Below are positions 22,701-34,133 of a stretch of DNA of 64,000 nt, piece after piece. Origin of the DNA: Tubulanus polymorphus (Eukaryota; Animalia; Nemertea). Below the pieces are notes generated by a model. That model made no database searches, was not told the DNA's origin, and worked only from the letters and a program-made list of their open reading frames with translations. Both the position numbers and the translations under genes were made by a program. The stretch lies in the NCBI RefSeq assembly GCF_964204645.1, contig NC_134026.1:18944150-19008149 (forward strand), written 5' to 3'. Position 1 is the first letter of the stretch; each line of letters begins with the position of its first letter.

Positions 22701-25700
22701 ACCCCCCGTCAATAGTCGAGCGCTCTCATTCCTGTCGACAGTCGCTGGTGAATCGCTGACGAAACATTTGAATAGGATTTTGCCAGCTCTGATGCGTGCC
22801 CTAGCCGGAAGTCTGGGATGTCCTGACGAAGTTGAGGTGGGTTGCCATTAGGATTTGATTTTGTACATGAAAAGAATACATGCATAATTGCAACGAATTG
22901 ATCTTAAGGATGCGAACCATGCAATGTAGAAAATGAATAATTAATCAAGTCGGTTAATTACTCCAAACTAACAGATTCTTGCGCACTAAATCAACTGAAC
23001 ACATTGCCATATCAAGATTCTTCTATGTAGCTCATCTTAGTTGTTTGCTGTTTCATAGTATCGAGAATGGCATGGGCATTTGTGATGAAGTCGCATACTC
23101 TGGTTGATTATGGAAAGAGTTTATGATCTACGGTAGACTCCGCCCAAGTTGGATCCGACCAACTCGGATAACTGTTCAACTCAAATGTTTGTCGAATTAC
23201 TTGCGACACTATTCAAGAAAAACATAACATCCAACTCGGATATTACTCAATTCGGACACATTTTTACAGTCCAAAAACATCCGACTTAGCGGCGTCTACT
23301 GTATCTTATTCCATTGTGCCAACTTCCTGATTACTGCCAGCGTCTGAACGAATGATCCGAACAGTTGAAATTGATTCAATGTCGCAGTGGCCGAGTGGCA
23401 TTTAAGGGACACTGGTCTCGGCACTGGTCTCGTCACTGGTCTCGTCAATCCAGGGTTTATGGGTTCAAACCCTGGTGGCGACAGAGTTTCTTGGTCGAAG
23501 GTTCTTCTCTGGTCTCTCCCCCATTGGGAAAAAGAAACATTGAACCCACTGATTATGCCATCTGCCTGGTGCTTAGCAGGTTGGGGGTGTTAAAAGAAAT
23601 ATGAAATGAATTTCCTATTTCAATTTCTTCCACCAGCAACTAGGCTATTGCCAAAGCGTCGTGCTGTCGGTGCAGGACCCGGTAGGAATTCACTCGATCA
23701 TGGATGAACTGCTGGGAGCGACGAGCAACGCGACTGATATGAGCGAGTGTTTCGCCGCGATAACGATGCTGAAAGCGTTTTGCAGTCAAACGAAAATGGA
23801 CTACGAAGAGTACGTGCCGCAGTTGATACGCGGATTGATTTCGTTGTTCACGTACACGGATACGCGCGTATTGCTTGAAGGCTGGGAATGTCTGAACGCA
23901 ATCACTAAGGTATGTAAAAATGAATATCGATAATGAAGTAAATGATGATATGATAATGTGGATCGAAAAATATTGTGGAACTGTGTTATAACAGAATCTT
24001 ATATACCTGATAATCTTATAAACTGTTCAACAGTGGATTAGGTTGTAACAAATAGTTTGTCTCCTGTTGTAAGGAAAATCCAATCTGTGTGGTGAAAATG
24101 TTCAAATATATATTTTTGTCCATGAATACTGAGTTCCCACCATAGTTGAATTTCATGCCGCAAATGAATTACTTTAACAAGAATATTTACTATTATTAGA
24201 ATATGGATCCGACCGAAATGTTACAACATATCAGCACTGTTCGTCAGGCGCTTCGCTTCGCTCTGAGTGACTACAAAGAAGAAGAACTTCCTGGCTTCTG
24301 CATTCCGAAAAAGGTATATTTCAGATTAGTATGTTTGAAAGTTGAATCAATGTCAAAGGAAGCCATAGTGCAGTGAACAGCTCCAACAATTGAAACTGAA
24401 ATTTTGCTATTTTTTTCAAAGCATACTAGAAAAAGCTTTGTGAAGCTTGGTGTGAAATGCGTTTACTTCCTAATTTTAGGGTATTGCTCCTATTCTGCCG
24501 ATATTTCGCGAAGGTATTTTGAACGGTCCACCGGAATTGAAGGAATCTGCAGCAATCGGTCTCGGCGAAGTTATCAAGAGGACAAGTGCTGAAGCTTTGA
24601 AGCCATCAGTTATTCATATCACCGGTCCGCTCATCCGTATACTCGGTGACCGATTCAGCTTTTCGGTTAAAGTTGCCGTTCTGGAAACGCTTGGGTTATT
24701 ACTTTCGAAGGTAAATTTACTCCTGTTGCTTGATCCTGCGGATCAGATTGATTCAGCTTTCTGTTGGACCGAAAATATGAGAGTTCCCTCTTAAGATTAA
24801 GATGCCTATTGTAAGATATGCTTAAGTATTTGTGTTTGATACATTAGCTACATTAACATCTGAAAGTAAAATATTTTTTTGCGTGATTTTTAACCAGATT
24901 GACCTTTCGATTTCTAGTGTGGCGTCATGTTGAAGCCTTTCTTGCCGCAGCTGCAGACCACTTTCATCAAAGCGTTGAACGATCCAAACCGGTCGGTGAG
25001 GTTGAAGGCGGCGTCGGCACTCGGACAGCTCATATCCATACACACTCGAGTCGATCCACTATTCACTGAACTTCACACTGGTATCAAAAATGCTGATGAC
25101 GCGTCTATCAGGTACGGCAGACCCTTCCAAATAGGACCAACGTATTTTGCACCAATTTAGTCGACTTTCTTGCCTATAGACGGAGATATTCCCAAACTGA
25201 AAGATCGCATCCCGATCTATGTTACCATGCTTCCAAAGATTGATGATATGAAGAAGAGTGCTCCGTATTGATTAGAAATTGTTATCTAAAGGCACTACTT
25301 TGTGACCTTGTTTCATCACCTCTATTCATCATCTACATCCACCTGCAGTAAAGTACTACATGTGTTGTGTGCGGTTACATAATGTATGTTACATATCTGA
25401 TGGGTCTTCTTATTTGAAGGATAAGCGAGAGCTCTTGATACATTTTAGGAATGCCATAAAGAGAAATGCCTAAGAATACTCTTACAAGTTTTACTGGTAG
25501 CATTAATCAGAATCATCATATATTTCATGAAATTTTCAGCCTTGGCCTAATTCCATGCAGGGTTATTTTCAATGCCAACACTACCTCGCCTCTTTGTTTG
25601 TCGATGACCATGTGCAGACTAAACTATCACAGGACAGCGATGGCTGTTCTTTCTGATTAAGATTAAGATTACTTAAGCTTTTGTTGATGTGGTTTTGGTA

Positions 25701-28700
25701 TTAAACATCTGGTGGGGCAAAAATGTACTGGTACTATTTTGGCACTGAATTGGTTAATAATACGCTGGAGCTGTTTCACGAACGCGAAATCCATTATTTT
25801 ACCACGCGCTTGCTACATAATTCGGGTATGAGAAAATTTACCTCTCGAGTTGCTTTCAGGGACACATTCCTACAAGCCCTACGCGGCTGCATCACTGGAG
25901 CTGGCAATAAAATGAGCAATGGCATCAGGCAACAAATCGTCACGGCGTTGATCGGTTTGATGTCGTCCGGTGAAGACACCGCGAGGTCATGCAGTGCGGG
26001 ATGTCTCGGTGCAATATGCTGTTGTTTGCCGGATGAAGAATTCGTCGGTTTACTCATTGATCATCTCCTCGGTAAAATGCTTATTTCTAACGACTTCATT
26101 TTCCGGATACAAATCCCAAAACTCATTTGAGTGTATACTATGTGTAATTGAGCAATACGAGTAAGGGCTCCCATTACCGTATATGGCGTATATATTTCTA
26201 ATGTTAGCTATCGGGTCAAATGTGAACTACCGGTACTTAAAGCTTGGGAATTCTGGGAAAGATACTTGCCTCACTAATCCATCATGATTGTATAGTTTGT
26301 GGTTTTAGTATATTACGAACAGGTTGCTATTACGGCTACACTGAAATAATGGTTATTTTGATTATTATAAGTATATTTATATTTTTGATTTACTGTAAAT
26401 TATATTTGACCTCGTCTGTTCTGCCAGTCAAACAGACTGTCTTCTTAGCATTTACAAAATTGTAGACTACATATCTAAAAATCTAAAAACGATTTCCATG
26501 AAATTGAAGCCCATGTTTTTGAGATGGCTTATTGACTTATTTTGGGTGAAAATTTTGTTAGCATAACAAATGAAACATATCCCCTTTCGCCAAACTGTTG
26601 GAACTCAAAGTTGAAATATTTCATAATTATTTGCTATTGACAAAATATTGACATTAAAATAGACATACCGATATGGTAGGACATGAAACGTTTTCGGGAT
26701 CATATCCTCTCATACATGTGTACCAAAGGAATAAAAACCTAAGATTCGTATACACTCAGGGTTATCGAATCACAAGCGCTAGATTCTAAGCTAATTGATA
26801 CAATATTATTTCTATTATTACAGCATAATAGATTCTTGACGTATGTTCAAATTTTTGTGAGATGTTGGCTGAATATGTGAACTCATTTTATAGATAATGA
26901 TCCGAGTCTCGACTGGACTATCCGTCACGGGCGTAGCCTTGCTTTAATGGTTGCTTTGAAAGAATGTCCACAGAATCTACTCGACCCGAATTGGGAACCA
27001 AAAGTCACATCAATTGTCTGCAAATATATGCAGTCGGATAGGGTGAGTATCGTTTAAACGCATGTTGCCGTCCTAGAAGGCTATTGCATTCCGTTTTTCG
27101 TCTTTTGTGCATGTAGATACCAGGTAGATTGAAGATTATGGTTGGCAACCAAAATGTCATCAGATCAGACCACTATAGAATAGGTTGTTTGTACAAGCTT
27201 TTATACCAAGTTTGGAAGCTCAAAAAAGCATATTCATAATTTAAGAAGTAATCATATTTAATGGATTTAAGTAGGCCCTTAGCAAATTTAAATGAAGTTT
27301 TTCACTTCGATTTTTAAAATTCACTGAATTTTAAATGTCCGTTTAAAGAATTGAAAAGTTGTAACAAATTAATCAAATAGGAACCTTACAGCAATTATTC
27401 AGTTGTTATGAAGCTTAGGGTTAGGTATCAGTAAAATCTATCCATCAGTTTCAAATCTAAGTTTATGGTACATGAAGCATAATCTATATAGTATGATGAA
27501 GAGTCATAATCGTGTTCATAATTGTGTCTTCTTCTTTTTTAAGGTGCCCGTTGTTTTGAGCGGTATTCGTTGTGCTGGCTATATATTACGCTACCAGTGG
27601 AATGTTGGTAACAGTATGGCTATTGACCTGATATCTTCTATCTCTAAGGTAGAGAAATGTCGAATACGCATTCTTTATATTATATTACATGTAGATATTA
27701 TATGAAATCATAGCCCTGATGCCCCAATTGAATGGCGAATATTAAATGCTTAATAAGAGATGAACAAATATTGACCATCATTTCGACATTACGTTGAAAA
27801 TCCTCAAGACATAATGAAATGAAGATTGTCGAGCAATTTGATTGCACCTGGAATTATATTTAAATCTCAAAGATTTTCAGATGTATGAACTTCTAACTGC
27901 TAGTATATAACGCAGCTAAAAATGTTATAGATTTTAGACTAAAAAAGTCTTATGATCGGGATGAAAATAGTCATGGAAAGTCATGATGGAATTAGATCAA
28001 TCATGGTGGCTATGAACCTTGCTAGCATAAGAATAGTTTACTGTAGTTCAGTCGAGCTGTGTTTTGATTGATTCTAGTGCTCAAAAAATGACTCGAACGA
28101 CGTGAAGGCATTAGCGGCTCAAGTGATAAACTTCGTTGCATGTACTATGGATAAACCATTGCCAGCGCCTACAGCAAAAGCGTGGATACCAATGTTAGTC
28201 AATGGAACTAAAGAAAAGAACACGCTAGTGAAAAGTAACAGTGAATTGGCACTTGTAGCCATTTTACATCTGTCTAACAATGATAAAACCTTGCAGGTAC
28301 GTAGGTTCTAGAGATGTGATCTTGGGATTTTTGCTCATTTGCAGTTTGTTTTTGCTTTAATGCACTCACCACTACCCGAGGTTGTTTTGCAAGATGGTTT
28401 AACCCATTAACCATCCACCCAACCTATCACTCCTCAAGCCGTCCTAATCCATCCTGACTCTTTTCGTCTGCTACCCAAAAACAGTTTCAGAAAAACTAAA
28501 CATCCAAGTCATCAAAATTCTGCACAGAACAACTTCCTGTTTGAAATTATTCAGGGTATGAAAGTATTTAGGGTATGAAGATGACGGAACTGGATGAAAA
28601 AAGGAAATCACCCTGTGTTCGGAGCCGGCCTAGCAGTTGGATTTGCTTTCCTTCTTAATCGTGACTTAATTAACCAAAAATTAAGCGTACTTCGTACAGC

Positions 28701-29455
28701 GGTATCCCCAACAAATCATATCTCATATGCTCTGTTCGGCCAGATGACTTTTAGTTGGGTTTGGTTGCTGCTAGATATAACTCGTTTCGATAAAATTTGT
28801 TATGCTGGCTATAACGAGTGATAGTCACTGGCAGCAAACGTATTAACTCATTAATTCATTCCATTATTTTTGGTTTACAATTGTTAGCTCGCGTGTTGGC
28901 AGTCTGCCAATAAACGAATCAGTTATCAGTAATTTCTGATGTATAAGATCATTGCTGATCTTTTGTCAAGGCACATAATGTACTTGATAGAGCCACTGCG
29001 ATCATTCGCTGTTAAAATGGTGCGATATTGGACCGCCTCCATGCATGCAATTGCGAGATAACTAAATTGCTTTATTTCCTGAAAAAAACTTTTTATAACC
29101 ACTTGACAACTGTTTGAATTGACCTTCACTGTATCCATACCTTCAGCTGAGCTGGTACATCTGTAAAACTATATATATCACACTGGTTATTTGAATTGAA
29201 TGGTGCCATTGGGTTCAAATCCTAGTTATCCGTGATAGTGAAGATGTTAATCTCATAAACCTCTTTGCCTGTCGCAAGTTATTTTAGCTTCAAACATGAT
29301 GGATTCATCTATAATCAATATTTTTCCTGTAGATGTATGCTGATTTATTGGACAATTGGGTGAAGGATCCATTAATGGATCTAGTGTCTCGGGTGCTACG
29401 GAAAATATCCAATCCAGAAATTGTCGCCGACATCGATGACACGATCTTGCGGTGA
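4598..29455 (+). CDS. GCN1: GCN1 (eIF2-alpha kinase GCN2 activator, HEAT repeats), last 21 coding exons; 5' part lies upstream of the window
   Basis: Spliced translation follows human GCN1 as recalled ([65 protein letters not shown]-terminal DDTIL); all introns GT-AG with consistent phases. Confidence 0.97.
4794..4973 (+). CDS. GCN1: GCN1 exon
   Basis: tag|[17 protein letters not shown]...NPEIQ|gtaag. Confidence 0.9.
5229..5449 (+). CDS. GCN1: GCN1 exon
   Basis: cag|IVPVLLAAL...[12 protein letters not shown]...LTDQK|gt. Confidence 0.92.
5965..6172 (+). CDS. GCN1: GCN1 exon
   Basis: tag|DLAPYLP...[10 protein letters not shown]|gtatg. Confidence 0.92.
6887..9109 (+). pseudogene. DIRS gag-like ORF1 (N-terminal Cys/His zinc finger, RS-rich middle), frameshifted
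   Basis: ATG 6887 MPPPPKG..CGH..H-x2-C-x2-C..C..C-x2-C; continues in other frames (7759, 7904-9109). Confidence 0.8.
8976..10819 (+). pseudogene. DIRS pol, frameshifted and partly deleted
   Basis: 1-bp loss near 9640, deletion near 9943, 1-bp loss near 10725 and 3' deletion relative to 837-3008. Confidence 0.9.
10820..11810 (+). pseudogene. DIRS tyrosine recombinase domain, frameshifted
   Basis: YR motifs split between ORFs 10727-12070 and 11415-11810 by a 1-bp loss near 11409. Confidence 0.9.
12394..12590 (+). CDS. GCN1: GCN1 exon
   Basis: gtag|LAEVVGGLG...HVRDGYIMM...PSILQ|gt. Confidence 0.92.
12899..13130 (+). mobile_element. Degenerate 5' fragment of the Helentron-like element seen at 32163
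   Basis: TAGCCCACTT start and GTAGACAGAATC / CAAGGTGGCTGACTGG blocks resemble 32163-32430. Confidence 0.5.
13217..13406 (+). CDS. GCN1: GCN1 exon
   Basis: ttag|[19 protein letters not shown]...[15 protein letters not shown]|gt. Confidence 0.92.
13532..13602 (+). CDS. GCN1: GCN1 exon
   Basis: cag|[23 protein letters not shown]|gtaag. Confidence 0.9.
13698..13913 (+). CDS. GCN1: GCN1 exon
   Basis: cag|[21 protein letters not shown]...DKRQ|gt. Confidence 0.92.
14085..14249 (+). CDS. GCN1: GCN1 exon
   Basis: tag|[25 protein letters not shown]...SRDH|gtgag. Confidence 0.92.
14560..14721 (+). CDS. GCN1: GCN1 exon
   Basis: tag|[19 protein letters not shown]...LLKSL|gtgag. Confidence 0.92.
15789..18004 (+). 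pseudogene. DIRS gag-like ORF1, frameshifted
   Basis: Zinc-finger N-terminus in the frame of ORF 15768; C-terminus in the frame of ORF 16655-18004. Confidence 0.8.
17871..20042 (+). CDS. DIRS pol (RT-RNaseH-MT), intact 723 aa
   Basis: Same motifs as 837-3008, including YLDD, FTDAS and YAFPP. Confidence 0.93.
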   Translation: MPVGELARNFNNRVKPRPVVTVPVRIEARGRLQKGALPFGKTRNEFLGPVGGCLQQAATHWSDLFGDGWPSRVVSRGYRLRFLRRPRLMRSPPDMRPKPGQEALISPALKEVAEKGAIEPVCNETSPGWFSRIFMVPKATGGQRTVIDLSSLNRHLDIPRFRMTKPKDVIQGLRPGQWAASLDLKDAYFQVPIHPKSRRFLRIKWKGRQFQFRSLPFGLSTAPWVFTKLVKSVQKVLQSRGVRLFVYLDDWLIVANSAQECREAMTSVLDLVHQLGFRVNREKSQLTPAQQFTYLGMDFDLRIGKVFPSMVRVAKLQEAVAGVSTTPKTARYWSRLLGSISSMGLVVPLDRLRSRRLQQYWKVFWSQSKGNWEALIPVPPTNLSPDLQWWAATTNLLLGVSLAPLEAPVRVFTDASHQGWGAHLENRVKAGRWSRYEATNHINFLEMLAVWKALKFFHRRVEGHHVWLATDNSTVRAYLQNQVGTHSETLTGLSAKILLWCQTKGVSLTVAHLAGKRNVMADALSRRGQAIATEWVLHQEVADRVRCIFGNPLLDLFATRFNRRCPLFVSPFPDAEAWGVDAFSLDWSGMHAYAFPPTPVLPRLLDQIERSVNCNIVLIAPCWPAQKWFLPLLNLLCDNPRILPNFPSLLSQGNFRHHPNSQWLNLLTWPLPSDLCQLQAFQNRLPPLSQDLSDHQQVPFTMPNGVILRIGVLQGKLIHAHPL
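18026..20958 (+). pseudogene. DIRS tyrosine recombinase, inactivated
   Basis: 5-bp duplication AGGTC AGGTC at 20091-20100 causes a frameshift; catalytic SARRSE changed to SAGPSE. Confidence 0.9.
22512..22604 (+). CDS. GCN1: GCN1 exon
   Basis: cag|[31 protein letters not shown]|gt. Confidence 0.92.
22693..22836 (+). CDS. GCN1: GCN1 exon
   Basis: tag|[26 protein letters not shown]...DEVE|gt. Confidence 0.9.
23131..23301. mobile_element. Tc1/mariner (pogo/Tigger-type) MITE
   Basis: TA|CGGTAGACTCCGC...GCGGCGTCTACTG|TA imperfect TIRs with TA duplication. Confidence 0.65.
23381..23610 (+). mobile_element. tRNA-derived SINE-like element
   Basis: A box TGGCCGAGTGG, B box GGTTCAAACC, non-tRNA body, internal 12-bp triplication of a CACTGGTCTCG unit. 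Confidence 0.55.
23637..23909 (+). CDS. GCN1: GCN1 exon
   Basis: cag|[12 protein letters not shown]...WECLNAITK|gt. Confidence 0.9.
24200..24313 (+). CDS. GCN1: GCN1 exon
   Basis: tag|NMDPTEMLQ...LPGFCIPKK|gt. Confidence 0.88.
24480..24710 (+). CDS. GCN1: GCN1 exon
   Basis: tag|[12 protein letters not shown]...[13 protein letters not shown]...LLSK|gt. Confidence 0.92.
24918..25111 (+). CDS. GCN1: GCN1 exon
   Basis: tag|[16 protein letters not shown]...VDPLFTEL...SI|gt. Confidence 0.92.
25860..26071 (+). CDS. GCN1: GCN1 exon
   Basis: cag|DTFLQALRG...SAGCLGAIC...DHLL|gt. Confidence 0.9.
26894..27042 (+). CDS. GCN1: GCN1 exon
   Basis: tag|[17 protein letters not shown]...QSDR|gtgag. Confidence 0.9.
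27544..27648 (+). CDS. GCN1: GCN1 exon
   Basis: aag|[13 protein letters not shown]...SISK|gt. Confidence 0.85.
28078..28296 (+). CDS. GCN1: GCN1 exon
   Basis: tag|[10 protein letters not shown]...[15 protein letters not shown]...TLQ|gt. Confidence 0.88.
29333..29455 (+). CDS. GCN1: GCN1 terminal coding exon
   Basis: tag|MYADLLDN...ADIDDTILR*, similar to the human C-terminus VDDTILT as recalled. Confidence 0.85.
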   Translation: MYADLLDNWVKDPLMDLVSRVLRKISNPEIVADIDDTILR

Positions 29456-29649
29456 CATGGTGAGATAGCAGTCGATGAAAAATGTATAGTCATACGTAGC
29501 ATACTCTCCATGGAACATGTTTTAGTATTTTCTGACGATTGGTTATTAGTTTATTTTATTTCCGTTCAAAAAGGTAAAAGATTGTGTTTGACAAATAAGT
29601 TTTGTTCGTTTTTTCCTATGAATTACGATTATGTCAACGTGGTCATACG

Positions 29650-29655
29650 AATAAA
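29650..29655 (+). terminator. Candidate GCN1 polyadenylation signal
   Basis: AATAAA ~195 nt after the stop codon, followed by GT-rich sequence. Confidence 0.5.
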
Positions 29656-30057
29656 GAGTAGTTACGTATGATGTCATAGAAATTTGTCTTGTGTTATTGT
29701 TTTAGAATTTAATGAGAAGATCACGAGGCCGTTTCTTTTTAAGTGAGTTGGATTATGGGTGGATGTGTAAGAATATTTTCTATTAGATAGGATTCAAATA
29801 ATGGAAGCACTCATGCGAATACTGACCCTGGGAAACAAGAATTGTGAGGATCTTGCCAGAAGAGCTGCGTTTCAGGGCTTCAGGTGTTGGGGACGCTATC
29901 AACATCCTCGTCCAAAATTCTACAGTCGAACTGGCTTAAGTGGTCATAGCTCAGCTGGGACGATCATTAAGTCAGCGAAATGACAACTCGTAAATTGAAC
30001 TGAAAATCTATACACAAATTTGGACTAAAAAATAGTGATCACTCAAGTATATATATA

Positions 30058-30218
30058 CAGTCAAGCCCCGATATACCGCCACCCCCGCTTACCGCCAGGT
30101 TTTCTCAATGTACATCTCAATACAAATACATAGTAAAACACCCCTGATATACCGCCATACTCTCTATACTGCCAAAATCGTTCTGCACTGATTTTGGTGG
30201 TATATTGGGGGCTGACTA
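30058..30218. mobile_element. pogo/Tigger-type MITE
   Basis: TA|CAGTCAAGCCCCGATATACC...GGTATATTGGGGGCTGACT imperfect TIRs. Confidence 0.55.
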
Positions 30219-31902
30219 GTTATGTGATGACGTGTTCAGTTAGAACTCAACTGAGTTAAAAGGTATCAAATTGAGAGCAAAAATCTCGGTAGTGGGCTTC
30301 TTTCTGTTTGATATGTTCTGATCAAGCATTGTGTCAATTATCAATGGGCAAGTGGCTAAAATATCATGTTAAAGCACCGCACTGGAGAATATATTTACAG
30401 TTGTTGAGGATAGACATTCGTCTTGAGATCAACTTGTAGATCAACCTACTCATGAAAAGGGTCACACACTTGATCTTGTTATTGTTAGAAGTAGTGAGGT
30501 ATGCATATGTGATTTGGATGTGGATGATACTGCAGGTATTGCTGATCGCTATCCGGTTTCTTTCTCGGTCAATATCTGCAAACCTCCGTTGCCTACAAAG
30601 GAGATAGTGTATAGAAAATTGAAGGATATTAACACTGCCTTATCAGAGATGTTCTCTAAGATTGACTTCAGTAACATTGACTGTGTGGATGATTTAGTCA
30701 CCGTTAATAACTCTGAGCTCTCTCATCTATTAGATGAATTAGCACCTGCTAAGAAGCGAAGTATTCGCATTCGTCCAAATGTTCCGTGGCTCAGTGAGGA
30801 AATTTTTAAATATCGCAAGAAAGTCAGACAACTGGAGAGAAAGTGGAGACATTCTCATCTGACAATAGATCGTGAAATTTGGAAAAATCATTGTCGTAAA
30901 ATGAAACAAATAATGAAATTAGAAAAACGAAAACATTTCTCAGTCACCGCTGAGGTGGGCACTGCTGACTTTTTTAGGACAATTCGGAAGTTGGTGTATG
31001 GTGAAAACATAAAAGGTCTACCAAAACACAATTATGCTGTTGAATTAGCAAATGAGTTTAATGTTTTCTTTCTAGATAAAGTTGATCAGATAAGAGATTC
31101 TTTTCCTGAATCCAATATTGATGCTTCTGAGCATTACAATGTTGTAAAGGTTTTAGACAGTTTTAAAGCTGTGTCAATCGATCAGATTGCCAAAATTATA
31201 ATTGGCATGCGACCTACATATTGTAATCTGGATCCATTTCCATCACAACTTCTTAAGAAGGGGCTTAAAGGTATCATGCCGCTCATTACTAAAATAGTAA
31301 GCTGTTCATTGGTATCTGGACATGTTCCAAAAGAGTTTAAACAAGCTATTTTGCAGCCCCTCCTCAAGAAGTCATCCCTTGATGCTGATTGTTTGAAAAA
31401 CTATAGGCCCATATCCCTTGTCTTTTCTGTTGAAAGTACTCGAAAGAGTAGTAGCAGACCAGCTAACACTCCATTTGTCAAGCAATAACTTAGCAGACAA
31501 ATTTCAATCTGCTTATAAACAACGCCACAGTGTCGAAACAGCTTTGGTTAAAGTGCATAATGACTTACTTTGTTCATTAGATTCAAAGCTGTTACTTGTT
31601 TTGTTGGATTTGAGCGCTGCTTTCGACACTGTGGATCACACTAGACTCGTACAACGTCTTAATTTACTAGGAATTCCAGGCTCAGTTCTTGATTGGCTCA
31701 GGTCATATCTTAGCAATAGGACTCAAAGTGTATGTATAAATGGTAACTTTTCTGAGCAATTGGAAATCAAATTTGGTGTACCTCAGGGTTCCGTTTTGGG
31801 CCCTTTGATTTTTGCAGCGTACATTACTCTTCTTGGTAACATCAGTCAACAGCATGATCTTGATTATCATCTCTATGCTGATGATAATCAACTTTACATT
31901 GC

Positions 31903-31942
31903 GTTTGGTCAGGGAAGTGTCATCACACTTCCCTGGTTTGGT
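31903..31942. mobile_element. 26-bp TIR remnant flanked by a 7-bp target duplication (probable excision footprint)
   Basis: GTTTGGT|CAGGGAAGTGT-CATCACACTTCCCTG|GTTTGGT. Confidence 0.7.
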
Positions 31943-32162
31943 GTACCTGATTTGTTCCCATCATGTCAAATTATGTCTGAAGGAGCTGATGATTTGAATT
32001 GCTGGATGAGGAATAATTTCCTCAAATGCAACGGGGATAAGACAGATGCGCTATTCGTGTATACTAGAAATATGTATAGTCAGCTTCAACAGTTGCCTCA
32101 TATCAGAATTATTGATTCTGACATCAGACCTTCTACTTCTGTTCGGAATCTTGGAGTAATTT

Positions 32163-33462
32163 TTAGCCCACTTGGGACTTCAGTCCCAGCGGGCTATTGC
32201 GTTCACTTTTCGTCCGTCGTCCGTCCGTTCGTCCGTTTGTCAGTCCGTAGCGTCCGTTCGTCCGTCCGTAGACGGAATCCAGTTATTTTGGGAAGTTTTG
32301 AAGACGCTTCAAGATAATGTCTTGATATTTGGGTTACACATGTATCTACCCTAGACACATCTTCAGCCCAAAAACTGGCCCTGTCAGATTCAAGATGGCC
32401 GACTGGCAGCCATTGTTGTTCGCCAAAATCAGCACTTTTTACACATTTTTGAACTTTTTGAGGGAAATTTTGAAGACGCTTTGATCAATTACCTTGATCT
32501 TTCGGATATATGTGAATTCCCCCAGGGCCCATCAGCATAACAAAAATTGGGTCGATTGGACTCAAGATGGCCGTCCTATGACCTTTTTAGTGCCCAAAAA
32601 TGTTAATTTTGGCCCAAATTCTGAGTCCTGTAGCTTCCTACTGGTTTATCATTTCTCATTGCAATTTGTGATGGGTATTCTTTGGAAAGGGATGTTTTAT
32701 ACCTGAGACAGGTATTTTTCATCAGCCAATTATGATGCAATTGGCGGCCATCTTGGTGTCAGCAGTACTCATTCGTAAGTGGGAAAAATTTTTTCCACAT
32801 TATATTGATACCTAAGCGTATTTTGTTACCACAATCAATTAGAAAGTTGTAGCTCATAACGTGTTCTATGATTGTGGTGAGTTTCAAGGTCATTGGTTTT
32901 TGTATATGGCCACCAGGGGGCGTTGAATAATGCAATATCTTAGTATTTCTATATTATATTCGTATCAATGCATACTTTGTAACCACAATCAATTGCAAAG
33001 TTGTAGCTCATGACATCATCTATGATTGTGGCAAGTTTTAAGGCCATTAGTTATTCTATATGGTCACCAGGGGGCGTTGAATAGTAGAATAACTTAGTAT
33101 TTCCTTATTATATTGGTACCTAGGCATATTTTGTTACCATGATCAATTACAAAGTTATAGTTCGTGACATGTTCTATGATTGTGGTGAGTTTCAAGGTCA
33201 TTGGGTTTTGAATATGGTCACCAGGGGGCGTTGAATAGTAGAATAACTTAGTATTTCCATATTAAAGTGGTAACGAGGCATATTTTGTTATCACAATCAA
33301 TTACAAAATCGTAGCTGCTGACATGTTCTATGATTGTGGTGAGTGTCAAGGTCATTGGATTCTGTATATGGTCACCAGGGGGCATTGAATATTGAAACTG
33401 TTAGATTGTTGAGCATTTGGAACCACTTCCAAAGTGGGCATGGTGTCCCTGGACCCCTAGTT
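32163..33462 (+). mobile_element. Helentron/HINE-like non-autonomous element with an internal 154-bp tandem array
   Basis: Inserted in a T-run of the LINE (ATT TTT|GAC); sub-terminal IR GCCCACTT...AAGTGGGC, (GTCC)n-like tract, short 3' hairpin, ends CTAGTT. Confidence 0.7.
32790..33392 (+). repeat. About four 154-bp tandem repeats
   Basis: CACCAGGGGGC at 32911, 33065, 33219, 33373. Confidence 0.9.
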
Positions 33463-34094
33463 GACTCGGAGCTTACTTTCAAAGATCAAATATCATCCAT
33501 TGTTAAATCCTGCAACTTTCATTTACGTAACATAAGCAAAATAAGGGGCTTTTTATCTGATGATGCTGCTCGCATTTATGTCCATGCCTTGGTTACTTCA
33601 CGTCTTGATTTCTGCAACTCCTTGCTTAACGGGCTCCCTGCAAAGTCCCTCAAACCAGTGCAAAACAATGCAGCACGTCAAATTTCTCGCTCTAGCAAGT
33701 TTTCATCCATTTCATCTCTTCTGCATGACCTACACTGGATACCAGTTGCATACCGCATTCGTTTTAAAGTTATTATGCTAACTTTCCAGGCTATACATAA
33801 TTTAGCTCCTCCATACTTATCTGAACTTGTTACACTTTACTCACCACCTCGTGCACTTCGATCAGCCAATCAGTTTTTGCTAGTTGTCCCTTTGTTTCAT
33901 AGTCAATCTACAGGTAGTCGGGCATTTTCCAACAGCGCCCCAAAATTGTGGAACCAGCTTCCTCTTAGCCTTCGTGCTATCACTTCATTAGATCAATTCA
34001 GGAAGCAGCTAAAATGCTTCCTTTTTAAGGAGGCATTTTATAATTTGTAAAGCGCTTTGAGCAGCTTAGCTGGATTTAGCGCTATATAAGATCC

Positions 34095-34133
<39 letters not shown>

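Larger units (their letters stand above)
30400..34130 (+). mobile_element. 5'-truncated L2/CR1-group LINE, ORF2 pseudogene, interrupted at 32163-33462
   Basis: Endonuclease end (PTHEKGHTLDLVI), NYRPIS, LDLSAAFDTVDH, GVPQGSVLGP, YADD, SRLDFCNSLL, LHWIPV; frameshifts; (ATT)n tail ~34097-34130. Confidence 0.9.

Noticed and set aside
23381-23482. Possible tRNA gene
   Set aside because: The anticodon region is replaced by a triplicated 12-mer and the sequence continues into a body typical of a SINE.
29780-29925. Candidate last exon of the kringle gene on the minus strand
   Set aside because: An AG and an open phase-1 frame exist, but the acceptor is weak and the peptide has no recognisable features.
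32790-33392. Regularly spaced repeats suggestive of a CRISPR array
   Set aside because: Whole 154-bp units repeat with no unique spacers, the context is eukaryotic, and no cas genes are present.
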